Assembly: GCA_963811165.1 (NCBI GenBank)
Contig: CAWEQH010000008.1
Span: 577,926-641,925 of the forward strand
Length of the DNA stretch: 64,000 bases
Source of the DNA: an uncultured Nitrospiraceae bacterium
GTDB taxonomy: Bacteria; Nitrospirota; Thermodesulfovibrionia; Thermodesulfovibrionales; UBA6898
Reading direction: 5' to 3'
Of the stretch, positions 1 through 12,199 are shown piece by piece; the stretch's first letter is position 1; every line of letters starts with the position of its first letter. The notes under the pieces were generated by a model. The model was not told where the DNA came from. It ran no database searches and saw only the letters and a list, made by a program, of their open reading frames with translations. The position numbers and the translations under genes are program-made.

Positions 1-2
1 TC

Positions 3-1883
3 TTTTATCGTTCGATCAGAGGCTTTGTAGAAAAGAACAGTTTCAGGACCGCCTCCTGGAGCGACATCAGAAGCGCCTTCGAAACCTCTTCCGGAAAAGA
101 CCTCTCATGGTTTTTTACACAGTGGGTCGAGGGAAAGGGGGCGCCGGAGATCGAGATCGGAACCCCATCGCTTGCGTACCGCGGGGCCAAGGCCGCCGTC
201 TCTTTTGAGGTTACTCAGAAGGGAGATGTACTTAGGTTGTCCCTGCCGGTTAAGGTAACACTTAAGGAAGGGGAAACAAGGGAAATATTCGAGATAGCGA
301 AGAAGACGAACGATCTTGAAATCGAGACAGAGGGGTGGCCTGTAGGGCTGACAATCGATGATAATTATGAGGTATTCAGGCGTCTTTCAAATGATGAGTT
401 CCCGCCGGTCTTGTCCAGGCTGTTCGGTGATGTCAAAAAAATATTTGTTTTGCCGAAGGGCAGGCCGGAAAGCATGGAAAAGGAATATGCTTCTGTTGCC
501 GGATATCTTAAAGGAGAAGGTTTTACCGGCAAAAATGGGGAGGAAATCAACTATGACGACCTGAAGACTTCCTCCGTCCTTATTTTTGGTGCGGATACCC
601 CCCTTGTCAAGAGTCTCTTCGGAGAGATGAAAAAGACCGCTCAGGACTTTTCTATTACGGTGAGAGGAAACCCTTACAATAACAACGGTGTCATCGCTAT
701 CGTAGACAGTCCTGTTTCGGGCGGCATGGAGAAATATCTCCGCAGGATCACGCACTACGGCAAATACAGCAGGCTGTCCTTCAGAGACGGGAAGAATGTG
801 TTGAAGGAGACAGACGAAACCCGAAACGGCATCGGCGCGACGCTGTCCGAAGATGTGCCCGGCGTTGAAATACCCCGTCTCATCAATATTGCGGACATAG
901 CAGAAAAGGTCAGCCGCAAGAAGATAATCTATGCCGGGGAGGTCCACGTCAAATTCGAACACCATCGTGCACAGTACGAGATCTTGCGGGAACTATACAG
1001 AAAAAACAAGAATATCATAATCGGGATGGAGATGTTCCAGAAGCCTTTTCAGAAGGCCCTCGACGACTATATATCCGGATCAATAGAGGAAAAGGAATTT
1101 CTGAAGAGGACCGAGTATTTCAAACGGTGGGGATATGACTATCCGCTGTACAGGGAAATTCTTCTTTTTGCCCGGGAGTATAAAATACCGGTGGCCGCGC
1201 TGAATATCCGCAATGAGATCGTGTCAAAGGTTTCGAAAGAGGGGCTCCTGTCGCTTTCAGTCGATGAAAGGAAGGAAATCCCTCAGGATATGGACCTTTC
1301 CGATTCGGCATATAAGGCGAGACTGAGGGCGTTGTTCGAGGGACACAGGAATTTTGAGAGCAGGAACTTTGATTTTTTTTATGAGGCCCAGGTCCTATGG
1401 GACGAAGCGATGGCGCATAACCTTGACGCATTTATGCGCGAACATCCCGGCCGCCAGGCGGTAGTCATTGTCGGTATGGGACATCTTGCCTTCGGCTCGG
1501 GCATCCCCAAACGGGCGCACAGACTCAATGGCGAGGATTATTCGGTAATCCTCAACGACGCCGACATCGAAAATGGCATCTCGGACTTCGTGCTTTTCCC
1601 GCCCGCGGTCAGTCCCCCTGTCACGCCTAAGCTGATGGTGGTCTTAAAGGAAGAAGAAGGGAAGGTGAAGATCCAGGATTTTGCGCCGGAGAGCGTGTCT
1701 GAAAAGGCGGGTCTTAAAAAAGGCGACACGATCCTCGCCCTTGACGATACGAAAATCGAGAGTGTCGATGACATCAAGATTTTCCTTCTCTATAAGAAAA
1801 AGGGCGATTCAGTCGCGGTAAGGGTCATGCGTAAGAGGTTCCTCCTTGGGCCCGTGGAAAAGACGGTTACGATAACCTTCTGA
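3..1883 (+). CDS. M1-aminopeptidase-like / ChaN (Tiki-superfamily) / PDZ fusion protein, 5' end outside window
   Basis: Frame is open from base 3 (FYRSIRGF...SGKDLSWFFTQWVEGKGAPE, typical of the M1 peptidase C-terminal region). It continues into ChaN motifs (YAGEVH, IGMEMF, AQVLWDEAMA, GMGH) and a C-terminal PDZ (AGLKKGDTILAL). Confidence 0.75.
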   Translation, partial: FYRSIRGFVEKNSFRTASWSDIRSAFETSSGKDLSWFFTQWVEGKGAPEIEIGTPSLAYRGAKAAVSFEVTQKGDVLRLSLPVKVTLKEGETREIFEIAKKTNDLEIETEGWPVGLTIDDNYEVFRRLSNDEFPPVLSRLFGDVKKIFVLPKGRPESMEKEYASVAGYLKGEGFTGKNGEEINYDDLKTSSVLIFGADTPLVKSLFGEMKKTAQDFSITVRGNPYNNNGVIAIVDSPVSGGMEKYLRRITHYGKYSRLSFRDGKNVLKETDETRNGIGATLSEDVPGVEIPRLINIADIAEKVSRKKIIYAGEVHVKFEHHRAQYEILRELYRKNKNIIIGMEMFQKPFQKALDDYISGSIEEKEFLKRTEYFKRWGYDYPLYREILLFAREYKIPVAALNIRNEIVSKVSKEGLLSLSVDERKEIPQDMDLSDSAYKARLRALFEGHRNFESRNFDFFYEAQVLWDEAMAHNLDAFMREHPGRQAVVIVGMGHLAFGSGIPKRAHRLNGEDYSVILNDADIENGISDFVLFPPAVSPPVTPKLMVVLKEEEGKVKIQDFAPESVSEKAGLKKGDTILALDDTKIESVDDIKIFLLYKKKGDSVAVRVMRKRFLLGPVEKTVTITF

Positions 1884-1898
1884 GGTAAGGGGGAAGTG

Positions 1899-1933
1899 AA
1901 AAAAAGAGGGCTCTTAAAGAGCCCTCTTTTTTT
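1899..1933. terminator. Bidirectional intrinsic terminator
   Basis: A7-GAGGGCTCT-taa-AGAGCCCTC-T7 between convergent genes. Confidence 0.85.
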
Positions 1934-1957
1934 GTTTCAAAAATATGTCGGATGCAA

Positions 1958-2152
1958 TTATTTGCCGGCAGGTGCAGCAGGAGCCGGTGACGCAGCCGGA
2001 GCTTCAGACGGAGCCGGTGCGGGAGCAGGAGCCGGTGCCGGAGCAGGAGCTTCAGCAGGCTTCGGGGCCTCCTCTTTCTTCTGGCATCCAATGGTCAGTG
2101 CCAAGGACAGAACCATTATTAGAGTAAGTATTAAAGCCAAGAATTTCTTCAT
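1958..2152 (-). CDS. Small Pro/Ala-rich lipoprotein
   Basis: RBS AGGAGG upstream; MKK plus hydrophobic stretch plus lipobox-like TIGC, then (AP)n repeats. Confidence 0.75.
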   Translation of the reverse strand: MKKFLALILTLIMVLSLALTIGCQKKEEAPKPAEAPAPAPAPAPAPAPSEAPAASPAPAAPAGK

Positions 2153-2462
2153 TATCTTAAACACCTCCTTTCTTCGTAAAATTAACCTTATTTGCTAAGT
2201 CGCGGTTTTTCAAATATTGTGAAAATATTATACCTTTAATTTATTCCTGTCAACTAAAAATATTAAGACAAAAGATATTTAACATACTGAAACATATAGA
2301 TATGCACATCCTGTGCCATCAGAATTCCAGCGATATTATAGCACACCTGATTATCCTTCGATTCCCTTTTGAGAAAAACCATTCCCTATTAAAGGAAATC
2401 CCGGCTTTATCCTGTGTGTGTAACCCTTGTGAATCTTTTTGTTGCCGCGTATAATCCCAGTA

Positions 2463-3224
2463 ATGATACTGGCTTTGACCATAGCGGGAGCTGATCCTTC
2501 GGGCGGCGCCGGCATACAACAGGACCTCAAGGTTTTTCGTGCCTTTGGGATATACGGGATTTCCGTGATTACCTCTCTTACCGCCCAGAACTCAAGAGGG
2601 GTCGAAGGCATCATGCCTGTGCCCGGTCCTTTTGTGGAAAAACAGCTGGAGACGCTGCTGTCGGATATGAGGCCTGATGCGACGAAGACAGGCATGATCC
2701 TCACCGCGGCGAACGTTACGGCCATAGTGTCGGCGATCAAAAGGCATTCTCTCAAAAACGTCGTTGTCGATCCCGTCATGCTCTCTTCAACCGGCAGGAG
2801 TCTCAGTAAAAAGGACCTGCCGCATGCTGTCGTGAAAAAACTCCTGCCCTTTTGCACTGCCGTGACTCCAAATATCCATGAGGCATCTGTTCTGAGCGGG
2901 ATAAAGATCGCGTCCATGCATGACATGGAAAAGGCGGCGCTTCGGCTGGCCGAGCTCGGCGCGCGCAGCGCGATCATCACCGGGGGACATCTCGATAATG
3001 CGGCGACGGACCTCTTATATGACGGGCGGTTCCATTATCTAAAGGGGAAAAAGGTGCCTGGTGAGTTTCACGGCACGGGATGTACATTTTCGGCCGCTCT
3101 TGCTGCTGAGTTGGCAAAGGGCAGCGGGGTGCGGGAGGCTGCCGTGACTGCCAAAAGATTTATGGTGAAGGCATTCGGGGAGACTTTTAGTGCGGGGAAG
3201 GGGATGAAGTTATTCAATATATAG
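2463..3224 (+). CDS. thiD: Hydroxymethylpyrimidine/phosphomethylpyrimidine kinase
   Basis: ALTIAGADPSGGAGIQQD, VVVDPVM, TPNIHEA and HGTGCTFS motifs. Confidence 0.93.
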   Translation: MILALTIAGADPSGGAGIQQDLKVFRAFGIYGISVITSLTAQNSRGVEGIMPVPGPFVEKQLETLLSDMRPDATKTGMILTAANVTAIVSAIKRHSLKNVVVDPVMLSSTGRSLSKKDLPHAVVKKLLPFCTAVTPNIHEASVLSGIKIASMHDMEKAALRLAELGARSAIITGGHLDNAATDLLYDGRFHYLKGKKVPGEFHGTGCTFSAALAAELAKGSGVREAAVTAKRFMVKAFGETFSAGKGMKLFNI

Positions 3225-3347
3225 GATGACGTGCAAAGAAGGCAGGGACGCAGCCGTCTCTGGTCGGGTCCCCTCATTTTGTCTATGGTATAATACCCGG
3301 GCATAGTGCGGAAAGAGATAATAGGTGTTCAGATCAGCCCGGAGGTA

Positions 3348-5861
<2,514 letters not shown>

Positions 5862-5868
5862 GGAACAT

Positions 5869-6381
5869 ATGAGAATAAAAAAAACAAAGACCGTACTGTT
5901 CAACATTGTCATTATTTCTCTTGCGGCGCTCGCCGCCGGAGGCTGCGGATACAGTATTCACCCTCAGTCGTCGCTTCCTGCGAAGGAGATCAGCATCGGG
6001 TTGATCGACAACAGGACTATGGAGCCCAAACTTCAGGACAAGTTAGTGAGGGCACTGACCGAAGAGTTCATGAAACAGGGCATAAGGGTAAGTCGCGGAG
6101 CGGAGTATACCATTACCGGGACAGTGAACAATTTCGACCTGGTGAGCCTTTCTACAAAGGCGGGGGTAACGGTTGAATACAGGGCGACTATGAGCGCCGA
6201 GTTCAGGCTCCTCGACCGCGAAGGCCATGTAGTGGTGGTGAAGAGCATAAGCGCTCCCTTTATCGTGGCGCTGACCGACGAGGGAGATCTCGGGCGTCTG
6301 CTTGCCCTGAAAGATAGCGCGGAAGAGCGGGCGGTGGCCGACATCGCGATGGAGATAGTGGGCGCGTTCATGTTCAGATGA
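5869..6381 (+). CDS. lptE: LPS assembly lipoprotein LptE family
   Basis: Lipobox-like GGCGY; conserved leuS-lptE-holA synteny. Confidence 0.8.
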   Translation: MRIKKTKTVLFNIVIISLAALAAGGCGYSIHPQSSLPAKEISIGLIDNRTMEPKLQDKLVRALTEEFMKQGIRVSRGAEYTITGTVNNFDLVSLSTKAGVTVEYRATMSAEFRLLDREGHVVVVKSISAPFIVALTDEGDLGRLLALKDSAEERAVADIAMEIVGAFMFR

Positions 6382-7283
6382 GTTATCGCAATTTCCTCGA
6401 TGAGATGAAAAAAGGGCTGCCTCTGACGGCCTATGTCCTGGTGGCCTCAGATCCTTTCCTTCATTCCGAGGCGATGTCTCTGATAAAGTCGCTTGTCCCC
6501 GACGGGGAGAGAGAATTTAACTTCCAGACCTTCGATGTGGTAAACGCAAAAGAGAGCGACACCTATATCGAGCAGATCATTGATGTGTTAAATACGGTCC
6601 CTTTCTTTTCCGGGAGGAAGTTCGTGATCGTCGAGAACCCTCATAAGCTCCTAAAGAAGGACTTAAAGAAACTCGCCCAGTACCTCCTGACGCCATCTGA
6701 AAGCTCCGTCTTGGTCCTGCTTCATCCGGGGGCTTTAAAAAAGGAGATAAAGGAGACCCTGACGGGTCTTAAGCAGATAGTCCTCGACATAGGCGAGCGG
6801 GAGGTCCCTGTCTGGCTAAAGACGAAGGCCATGTCGAGGGGGATCGAGTTGTCGGACGCTGCCGCCGATTACCTCCTGGGGACGATAGGCCCAGACCTCG
6901 GGCTTCTCTCGTCGGAGCTCGATAAATGCACCCTGATGGGGAAGCAGCGGATAGGGAAAGAGGACATCGCTGAGACCATCGAGGGCAAGAGGACATTCAG
7001 CGCCTTCGCCCTCGTTGATGCCTTGCGGGCTAGAGACACGGAGGAGGCGTTCAGGATATACAGGGTTTTGAGAGATACCGAGGAGCCCTACAGCCTTCTG
7101 GGGGCGCTAAACTGGCAGTACGCCAGAATTTTTGCCGGGAAAAATACCCCGGCGGAACGAAACTACTTCAACCGGGTCTTTGGTCTCATGAGCGAGGCCG
7201 ATGCGGCCATAAAAAGTTCGGGGAGTGCGTATCCGATGGAGCTTCTGCTGGTCAGGCTGCTTAAGCTTTCGAAACAGCGTTGA
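6378..7283 (+). CDS. holA: DNA polymerase III delta subunit
   Basis: TVPFFSGRKFVIV and ELDKC motifs; position between lptE and rpsT. Confidence 0.85.
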   Translation: MSYRNFLDEMKKGLPLTAYVLVASDPFLHSEAMSLIKSLVPDGEREFNFQTFDVVNAKESDTYIEQIIDVLNTVPFFSGRKFVIVENPHKLLKKDLKKLAQYLLTPSESSVLVLLHPGALKKEIKETLTGLKQIVLDIGEREVPVWLKTKAMSRGIELSDAAADYLLGTIGPDLGLLSSELDKCTLMGKQRIGKEDIAETIEGKRTFSAFALVDALRARDTEEAFRIYRVLRDTEEPYSLLGALNWQYARIFAGKNTPAERNYFNRVFGLMSEADAAIKSSGSAYPMELLLVRLLKLSKQR

Positions 7284-7548
7284 CCTTCCTGGTCAACCTC
7301 GATATCTTCCTTGCTGCGTTATTCTTATGAATGATCCCCTTCGAACGGGCGCTGCTGATAAGCTTGGCCGCGCTTTGAAGTATTTTTGCTGCCGCTTCTT
7401 TGTCGCCGCCCTTAACTGCGGTCTCAACGGTCTTTACGGCACTCTTTAGCTTCGAGCGCTCGACCCTGTTTCGTGTGTTTTTCTTTTCGGACTGCCTCGC
7501 CCTCTTTATCGCTGAAAGGTTTTTCTTTACCGGTGCTTTTGCTGCCAA
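7261..7548 (-). CDS. rpsT: 30S ribosomal protein S20
   Basis: SAIKRARQSEK...KGIIHKNNAARKISRL; TTG start after an AGGAGG RBS. Confidence 0.95.
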   Translation of the reverse strand: MAAKAPVKKNLSAIKRARQSEKKNTRNRVERSKLKSAVKTVETAVKGGDKEAAAKILQSAAKLISSARSKGIIHKNNAARKISRLTRKVNAVSKA

Positions 7549-7771
7549 ATTGGGTTCCTCCTTTAAAAAAAGTGTCTTATTTTTTACCATATAATGGGAT
7601 TTTAAATCAAGTTACACCCCTTCAAAAAATTTGGCGGACTCCCGGAAGGGACCCAATAACTGCGAATTGCAGAGTGCCGTGATATGGACTTCCGGCGATA
7701 TGGATATATAATGTAAATGGAAACGCAGGGGAGCAGTCTATTCCGTAAAGAGGCGCGGAAGGAGAACTGCG

Positions 7772-9700
7772 ATGAAGAGGTTAGGTCTGAACGGCTGTTT
7801 CGAAAGATTTCTTTTTAGGGGACTGCGGTCGGAGTCGTGTTTGCGTCGACCGGCAATTTTTATCGTTGCGACCTTCCTGATGTGCGCCTATGCCTTGCCC
7901 GCCGGAGCATTGACTTTGACCGTCAACGATCTCGGAGACCTCAACGACACCGGGGCTGATGGCGTATGTTTGACTTCAGCGGGGACCTGCACTCTTAGGG
8001 CTGCCATACGGGAGGTCAACTGGTCCGGTGGCGCAGACAATACGATAAATTTCAACCCGTCTCTTTCCGGGACCATTTTGCTGAGTAGCGGGTTCGACAT
8101 CATTACAAAGCCCCTCGCCATCAATGGCCCCGGCTCAGACCGGGTGAGCATCGATGCGCAAAACCTATATCGGATATTCTATATCGACACCCCGGCTGAC
8201 AATGGGTCCTTTGTAATCAGTGATCTCAGACTTATGAGGGGAATTCAGACAAATGGGGGGGCCGTATATGCCGATACAGGCGATTCGCTCTCCCTTACAC
8301 GAATGGTATTTGAGGGCAATAACGCATCGACGGCAGGCGGGGCCGTGAATTGCAATCACTGTGGAAGCCTTTCTATCGCATATTCACGGTTTACGAAAAA
8401 CATCGCGATATACCTCGGAGGGGGAGTATTTGCGGAAGGCGCGACGATTAACGTGGCCGATTCTTTATTTGAAGGCAATGCCGGGTCGGCTAATTTCAAC
8501 GGGGGCGGGGGAATGACCGTTCTTTTGGGGACCGGCAGTATAACGGATTCTCTCTTTGAGAATAATCAGGCCGCCATGAGTGGTGGCGGCCTGTATTTTG
8601 ACGGTATCGACAACGGGACTTTGACCATCCGAGACAGCCGTTTTGTGAGAAACAATGCAGGCGGTCTAGGAGGTGGCATCTATCTTGGGAACGCCGGATC
8701 ATCCGTGATCAATAGGATCACCGTTTCGGGGAATACGGCGACATCGGGGGGAGGAATTATTGTAGACGACCAATCCGCATCGATCGCCAATAGCACGGTC
8801 TCCCGAAATTCTGCCCTCTATGCGGCAGGGGGTATCTATGGCGGCGGTGATAGCACGGTCCAACTCTCAAACGTAACGATCACCGGAAATACAGCTGATT
8901 CAAGCAAAAGCGGCTCCGGAGATGCTCTTGGAGGCGGGGTATATTCATATGCGACACTGATTGTCCAGAACTCCGTGATCGCCGGCAATGTGAGCCTCAA
9001 CCCTTCATATGTATCCGGTGCCGACTGCTATAGCGTAGACAGTGTAAGTTCTGGAGGATATAATGTCATAGGAGACGGGACGGGATGTGTGTTTGCCGGA
9101 GGCACAGGTGATCAGGTCGGAGCCGCCGGATCCCTCATCAATCCCCTCCTTGCTTCCCTCGCATGGAATGGCGGGACCACAACGACCCATGCGCTTCTTT
9201 CCGGCAGCCCGGCCATTGACAGCGGGAACCCCGGCGGGTGTTTCTGGGACAATGACGCAGACGGAGGGACCACTACCGCCGAGGTCCTGTTGGTTGAGGA
9301 CCAGCGGGGCGCAATTCGTCCCTTCGGCGGTCGATGCGATGTAGGCGCATTCGAATGGAGCCACTGCGATAACGGCATTCAAGACAGCGACGAAACCGGC
9401 ATAGACTGCGGCGGATCAGACTGTGCAGTCTGTTCATGCGGCGGAACCGATCCCGCGAAAATGAAAGACACCGGATATGCCGATATCCAGCTTGCCTATA
9501 ACGCCGCGTGGGACAGCGCGACGGTGAAGTCTCGTGCTACCGACACTTCTGAGGACCTTGTCTTCAACCGGGCTATGCACTTCACCCTGAAGGGCGGTCA
9601 CGACTGCGACTTCTTCAGGATCAGGGGCATGACGACGGTGGCGAGTCTCACTGTTTCAGCCGGCCAGCTGACGGTTGAGGATGTCGCTATCGGCCCTTAG
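7772..9700 (+). CDS. Secreted CSLREA-domain / beta-helix (choice-of-anchor Q-like) surface protein
   Basis: Signal peptide, CTLRAAI, repeated GGA/GGG..F..N repeats, THALLSGSPAIDSG...DQRG...CDVGAFE, and a CDNGIQDSDETGIDCGG cysteine repeat. Confidence 0.75.
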   Translation: MKRLGLNGCFERFLFRGLRSESCLRRPAIFIVATFLMCAYALPAGALTLTVNDLGDLNDTGADGVCLTSAGTCTLRAAIREVNWSGGADNTINFNPSLSGTILLSSGFDIITKPLAINGPGSDRVSIDAQNLYRIFYIDTPADNGSFVISDLRLMRGIQTNGGAVYADTGDSLSLTRMVFEGNNASTAGGAVNCNHCGSLSIAYSRFTKNIAIYLGGGVFAEGATINVADSLFEGNAGSANFNGGGGMTVLLGTGSITDSLFENNQAAMSGGGLYFDGIDNGTLTIRDSRFVRNNAGGLGGGIYLGNAGSSVINRITVSGNTATSGGGIIVDDQSASIANSTVSRNSALYAAGGIYGGGDSTVQLSNVTITGNTADSSKSGSGDALGGGVYSYATLIVQNSVIAGNVSLNPSYVSGADCYSVDSVSSGGYNVIGDGTGCVFAGGTGDQVGAAGSLINPLLASLAWNGGTTTTHALLSGSPAIDSGNPGGCFWDNDADGGTTTAEVLLVEDQRGAIRPFGGRCDVGAFEWSHCDNGIQDSDETGIDCGGSDCAVCSCGGTDPAKMKDTGYADIQLAYNAAWDSATVKSRATDTSEDLVFNRAMHFTLKGGHDCDFFRIRGMTTVASLTVSAGQLTVEDVAIGP

Positions 9701-9775
9701 CGAACAGGGTTATTCTGTCTTCACACGTATATCATTTCTTTGGTGGGGCGAGCCCGTATATGGTAAAATCACTGC

Positions 9776-10717
9776 ATGAAGAAATACAGGCCCCTTTCTC
9801 TTAAGTCCGTCAAGACATACTCCCTATGTGCGAGGGCGAGTAAGGTATCGGTAAAATCCTTTTCCAGGCCGCCTGTAAAGGGCGACAGCCTGGAGGCCTT
9901 TCTCAAAAAGTTGCCGGATGCGTATGCCGTCAGGGACTTCAGGTCTGTGGTGAAAGCGATCGTCTCGGCAAGGCGGAAGAAGAGGCCTGTGATACTGGGC
10001 ATGGGGGCCCATCCGATAAAACTCGGGCTTACGCCGGTCATTATAGAGCTGATGAAAAAAAACGTGCTCTCGGCGATAGCCACAAACGGCGCTGCAACAG
10101 TGCACGACTTTGAGATAGCCCTTGTGGGGCACACTTCCGAAGATGTTGCGGCGGAGCTCTGTAACGGTTCTTTCGGCATGGCGGAGGAGACCGCAAGGGG
10201 GGTCAATCTCGCAATAAAAAAGGGAGCGGCGAAAGGGTACGGAATCGGGAAGTCCGTCGGGGAATGTATATACGGGGGAAGGTTCGCCCATAAGTCAAAG
10301 AGCATATTTTCAAATGCATACGAGCTGGATATACCGGCTACTGTTCACGTCGCAATAGGGACCGATATTATTCATATGCATCCCGGGGCTGACGGTGCGG
10401 CGATCGGTAAAGGAAGTATGATCGATTTCAGATTGCTCGCTTCGGTCGTTTCAGACCTTGAAGGAGGGGTATACATCAATCTCGGTTCCGCCGTCATTCT
10501 TCCGGAGGTATTTCTCAAGGCGCTCAACGTGGCCCGAAACCTGGGGAACAAGGTCGAAGACATAACCACCGTCAATATGGACTTTATGCAGCACTACAGG
10601 CCGACGGTCAACGTGCTGAAGAGGCCGACATCGATGAAGGGCCACAGCTTTGCACTCACCGGCCACCATGAAATCATGTTCCCGCTTTTGGCCGCTGCAG
10701 TCATCGGGGAGTTGTGA
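9776..10717 (+). CDS. Conserved protein, deoxyhypusine-synthase-like fold
   Basis: GMGAHPIKLG, NGAATVHDFE, HVAIGTDIIH and GSAVILPEVFLKAL motifs; fold assignment is from memory of the family. Confidence 0.55.
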   Translation: MKKYRPLSLKSVKTYSLCARASKVSVKSFSRPPVKGDSLEAFLKKLPDAYAVRDFRSVVKAIVSARRKKRPVILGMGAHPIKLGLTPVIIELMKKNVLSAIATNGAATVHDFEIALVGHTSEDVAAELCNGSFGMAEETARGVNLAIKKGAAKGYGIGKSVGECIYGGRFAHKSKSIFSNAYELDIPATVHVAIGTDIIHMHPGADGAAIGKGSMIDFRLLASVVSDLEGGVYINLGSAVILPEVFLKALNVARNLGNKVEDITTVNMDFMQHYRPTVNVLKRPTSMKGHSFALTGHHEIMFPLLAAAVIGEL

Positions 10718-10911
10718 TGAAGGTTATTGTCGACCAGGATGCCTGCATAGGATGCGGCAGATGCGAGGAGATCTGTCCGGCGGTCTTTCATCTGGACGAG
10801 GTGATAGGGAAGTCCGAGGTGATAGATGCCGATGCCTGTGAGTTCGTGGGCTGCTGCGAGGCGGCGGAGGAGAACTGCCCGGTGGATGCGATTACGGTGG
10901 AAGAAGAATAA
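10717..10911 (+). CDS. Ferredoxin (single cluster, CxxCxxC...CP)
   Basis: CIGCGRCEEICP...AEENCPVDAI. Confidence 0.9.
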   Translation: MKVIVDQDACIGCGRCEEICPAVFHLDEVIGKSEVIDADACEFVGCCEAAEENCPVDAITVEEE

Positions 10912-10974
10912 GCATAACAACTTCCCGCCCCTCCCAAGAGGGGACCTTTGTTTTATATGATTAAGAGATGGGAT

Positions 10975-11000
10975 GGGTTCGATTCCCACACGCTCCCGCT
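10975..11000 (+). other. tRNA 3'-end fragment (att-like, possibly from tRNA-Sec)
   Basis: GGGTTCGATTCCCACACGCTCCCGCT is a T-arm plus acceptor 3' strand with no 5' half. A degenerate copy lies at 12100-12118. Confidence 0.5.
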
Positions 11001-11323
11001 ATCAGTTTATTAAAATATCAGTGGCTTTCATGCTTTCTGATACCGTTGCAAGCCGTCAACAGACCGTCAACAGCCCCCTTATCGAAAAATATGTTACTTT
11101 TTCCAAGAGAATCTTTTCTGAACAGGAGATAGTATGAGCGACTTTAAAAACTCGGCATGGGCAGATGACAGGTTTGCACGCTTCTGCCAGCGACGACTAT
11201 TTACATTGCGGTCCCCCTATGCTAATTTAAATCCATGATTAAAGTTGATAAAAAAGAAATCCAGTCAACGCTCAACTTGATCGTCGATCTGCTTGTGACG
11301 AGTTTCGACGTGGAGGAGGGCGA

Positions 11324-11720
11324 ATGAAAAAAGAGACCAAAAACTGGATGGCCTTATCTGAATATGACATGAATACTGCTGAGCATATGTTTGGCACGGG
11401 CAGGTTTCTCTACGTCGCTTTTTATGTGCCATCTTTGCATCGAAAAATTAATTAAGGCGATCGCCTACGAAGAGACGGGGAAGCTTCCGCCGAAATCTCA
11501 CGACCTGATTTATCTGTCGAATTTTGCGGGCATCAATTTTTCGGAAGGTCTACTTGATTTCATAGGAAAGATAAACAGCGCAAGTATTGTAACAAGGTAC
11601 CCTGAAGACCTGGCAAAAGCAATCGCTGCATATCCAGGGGATGTCGTTTCGGAGTATCTTGATAAAACAAAGGAGGTCCTCGCGTGGTTAAAACAGGACA
11701 AGAGATTGAAGGAATCGTAA
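11324..11720 (+). pseudogene. HEPN-domain protein, +1 frameshift at T5 run near 11419-11423 (error or pseudogene)
   Basis: RBS GGAGG plus MKKETKNW...YDMNTAEHMF..GRFLYVAF joins MCHLCIEKLIKA...PPKSHDL...TRYP in the next frame. Confidence 0.75.
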
Positions 11721-12010
11721 AGCAATATATATCGAGTCTAAATGGAATGAATATCAGAGTTGAACATCTGATATTGTACGGCTCTTATGCAAAAGGGTAT
11801 GCAAGGGAAGAAAGCGACATTGACCTTTTGGTCGTATCGGGTGACTTTGAAGGAATGAATTTAAGAGAAAGGCTTGAAGTGCTCGGCGTTGCGGCCGCGC
11901 GAATCAGGCAACCTATTCAAGCAAAAGGGTATACCCCTCTGGAGATGGAATCTGAAGAAAAAGATTCGTTTCTCCTTGAAGTCCTTGCAGACTCAAAGAT
12001 GGCGGCTTGA
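11684..12010 (+). CDS. Minimal nucleotidyltransferase (MNT) antitoxin
   Basis: LYGSYAKG...SDIDLLVV; overlaps the HEPN gene. Confidence 0.88.
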   Translation: MVKTGQEIEGIVKQYISSLNGMNIRVEHLILYGSYAKGYAREESDIDLLVVSGDFEGMNLRERLEVLGVAAARIRQPIQAKGYTPLEMESEEKDSFLLEVLADSKMAA

Positions 12011-12199
12011 TATTCAGCTGCATTAGCAAAACCGTGAACAAGGCACTTTTTGATCGAAAAATCTCTTTTAACAACCGATAGTTATAAACACGTTAGTATG
12101 GTTCGATTCCCCCCACACTTAAGGGCTTAGGAATTAGCGACTATTCCCTTGAGAAAAAACCTCGAAAAAAATAAGGCCCTCTGAACGTGGTGCCTTGTC

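Noticed and set aside
2200..2462. TPP riboswitch upstream of thiD
   Set aside because: No recognisable GCTGAGA...CCTGA..GGGA core; the region looks like plain AT-rich divergent promoters.
11324..12010. HEPN protein as part of a CRISPR or larger defence system
   Set aside because: It is a small stand-alone HEPN paired with an MNT, the common toxin-antitoxin arrangement; no other defence genes are adjacent.
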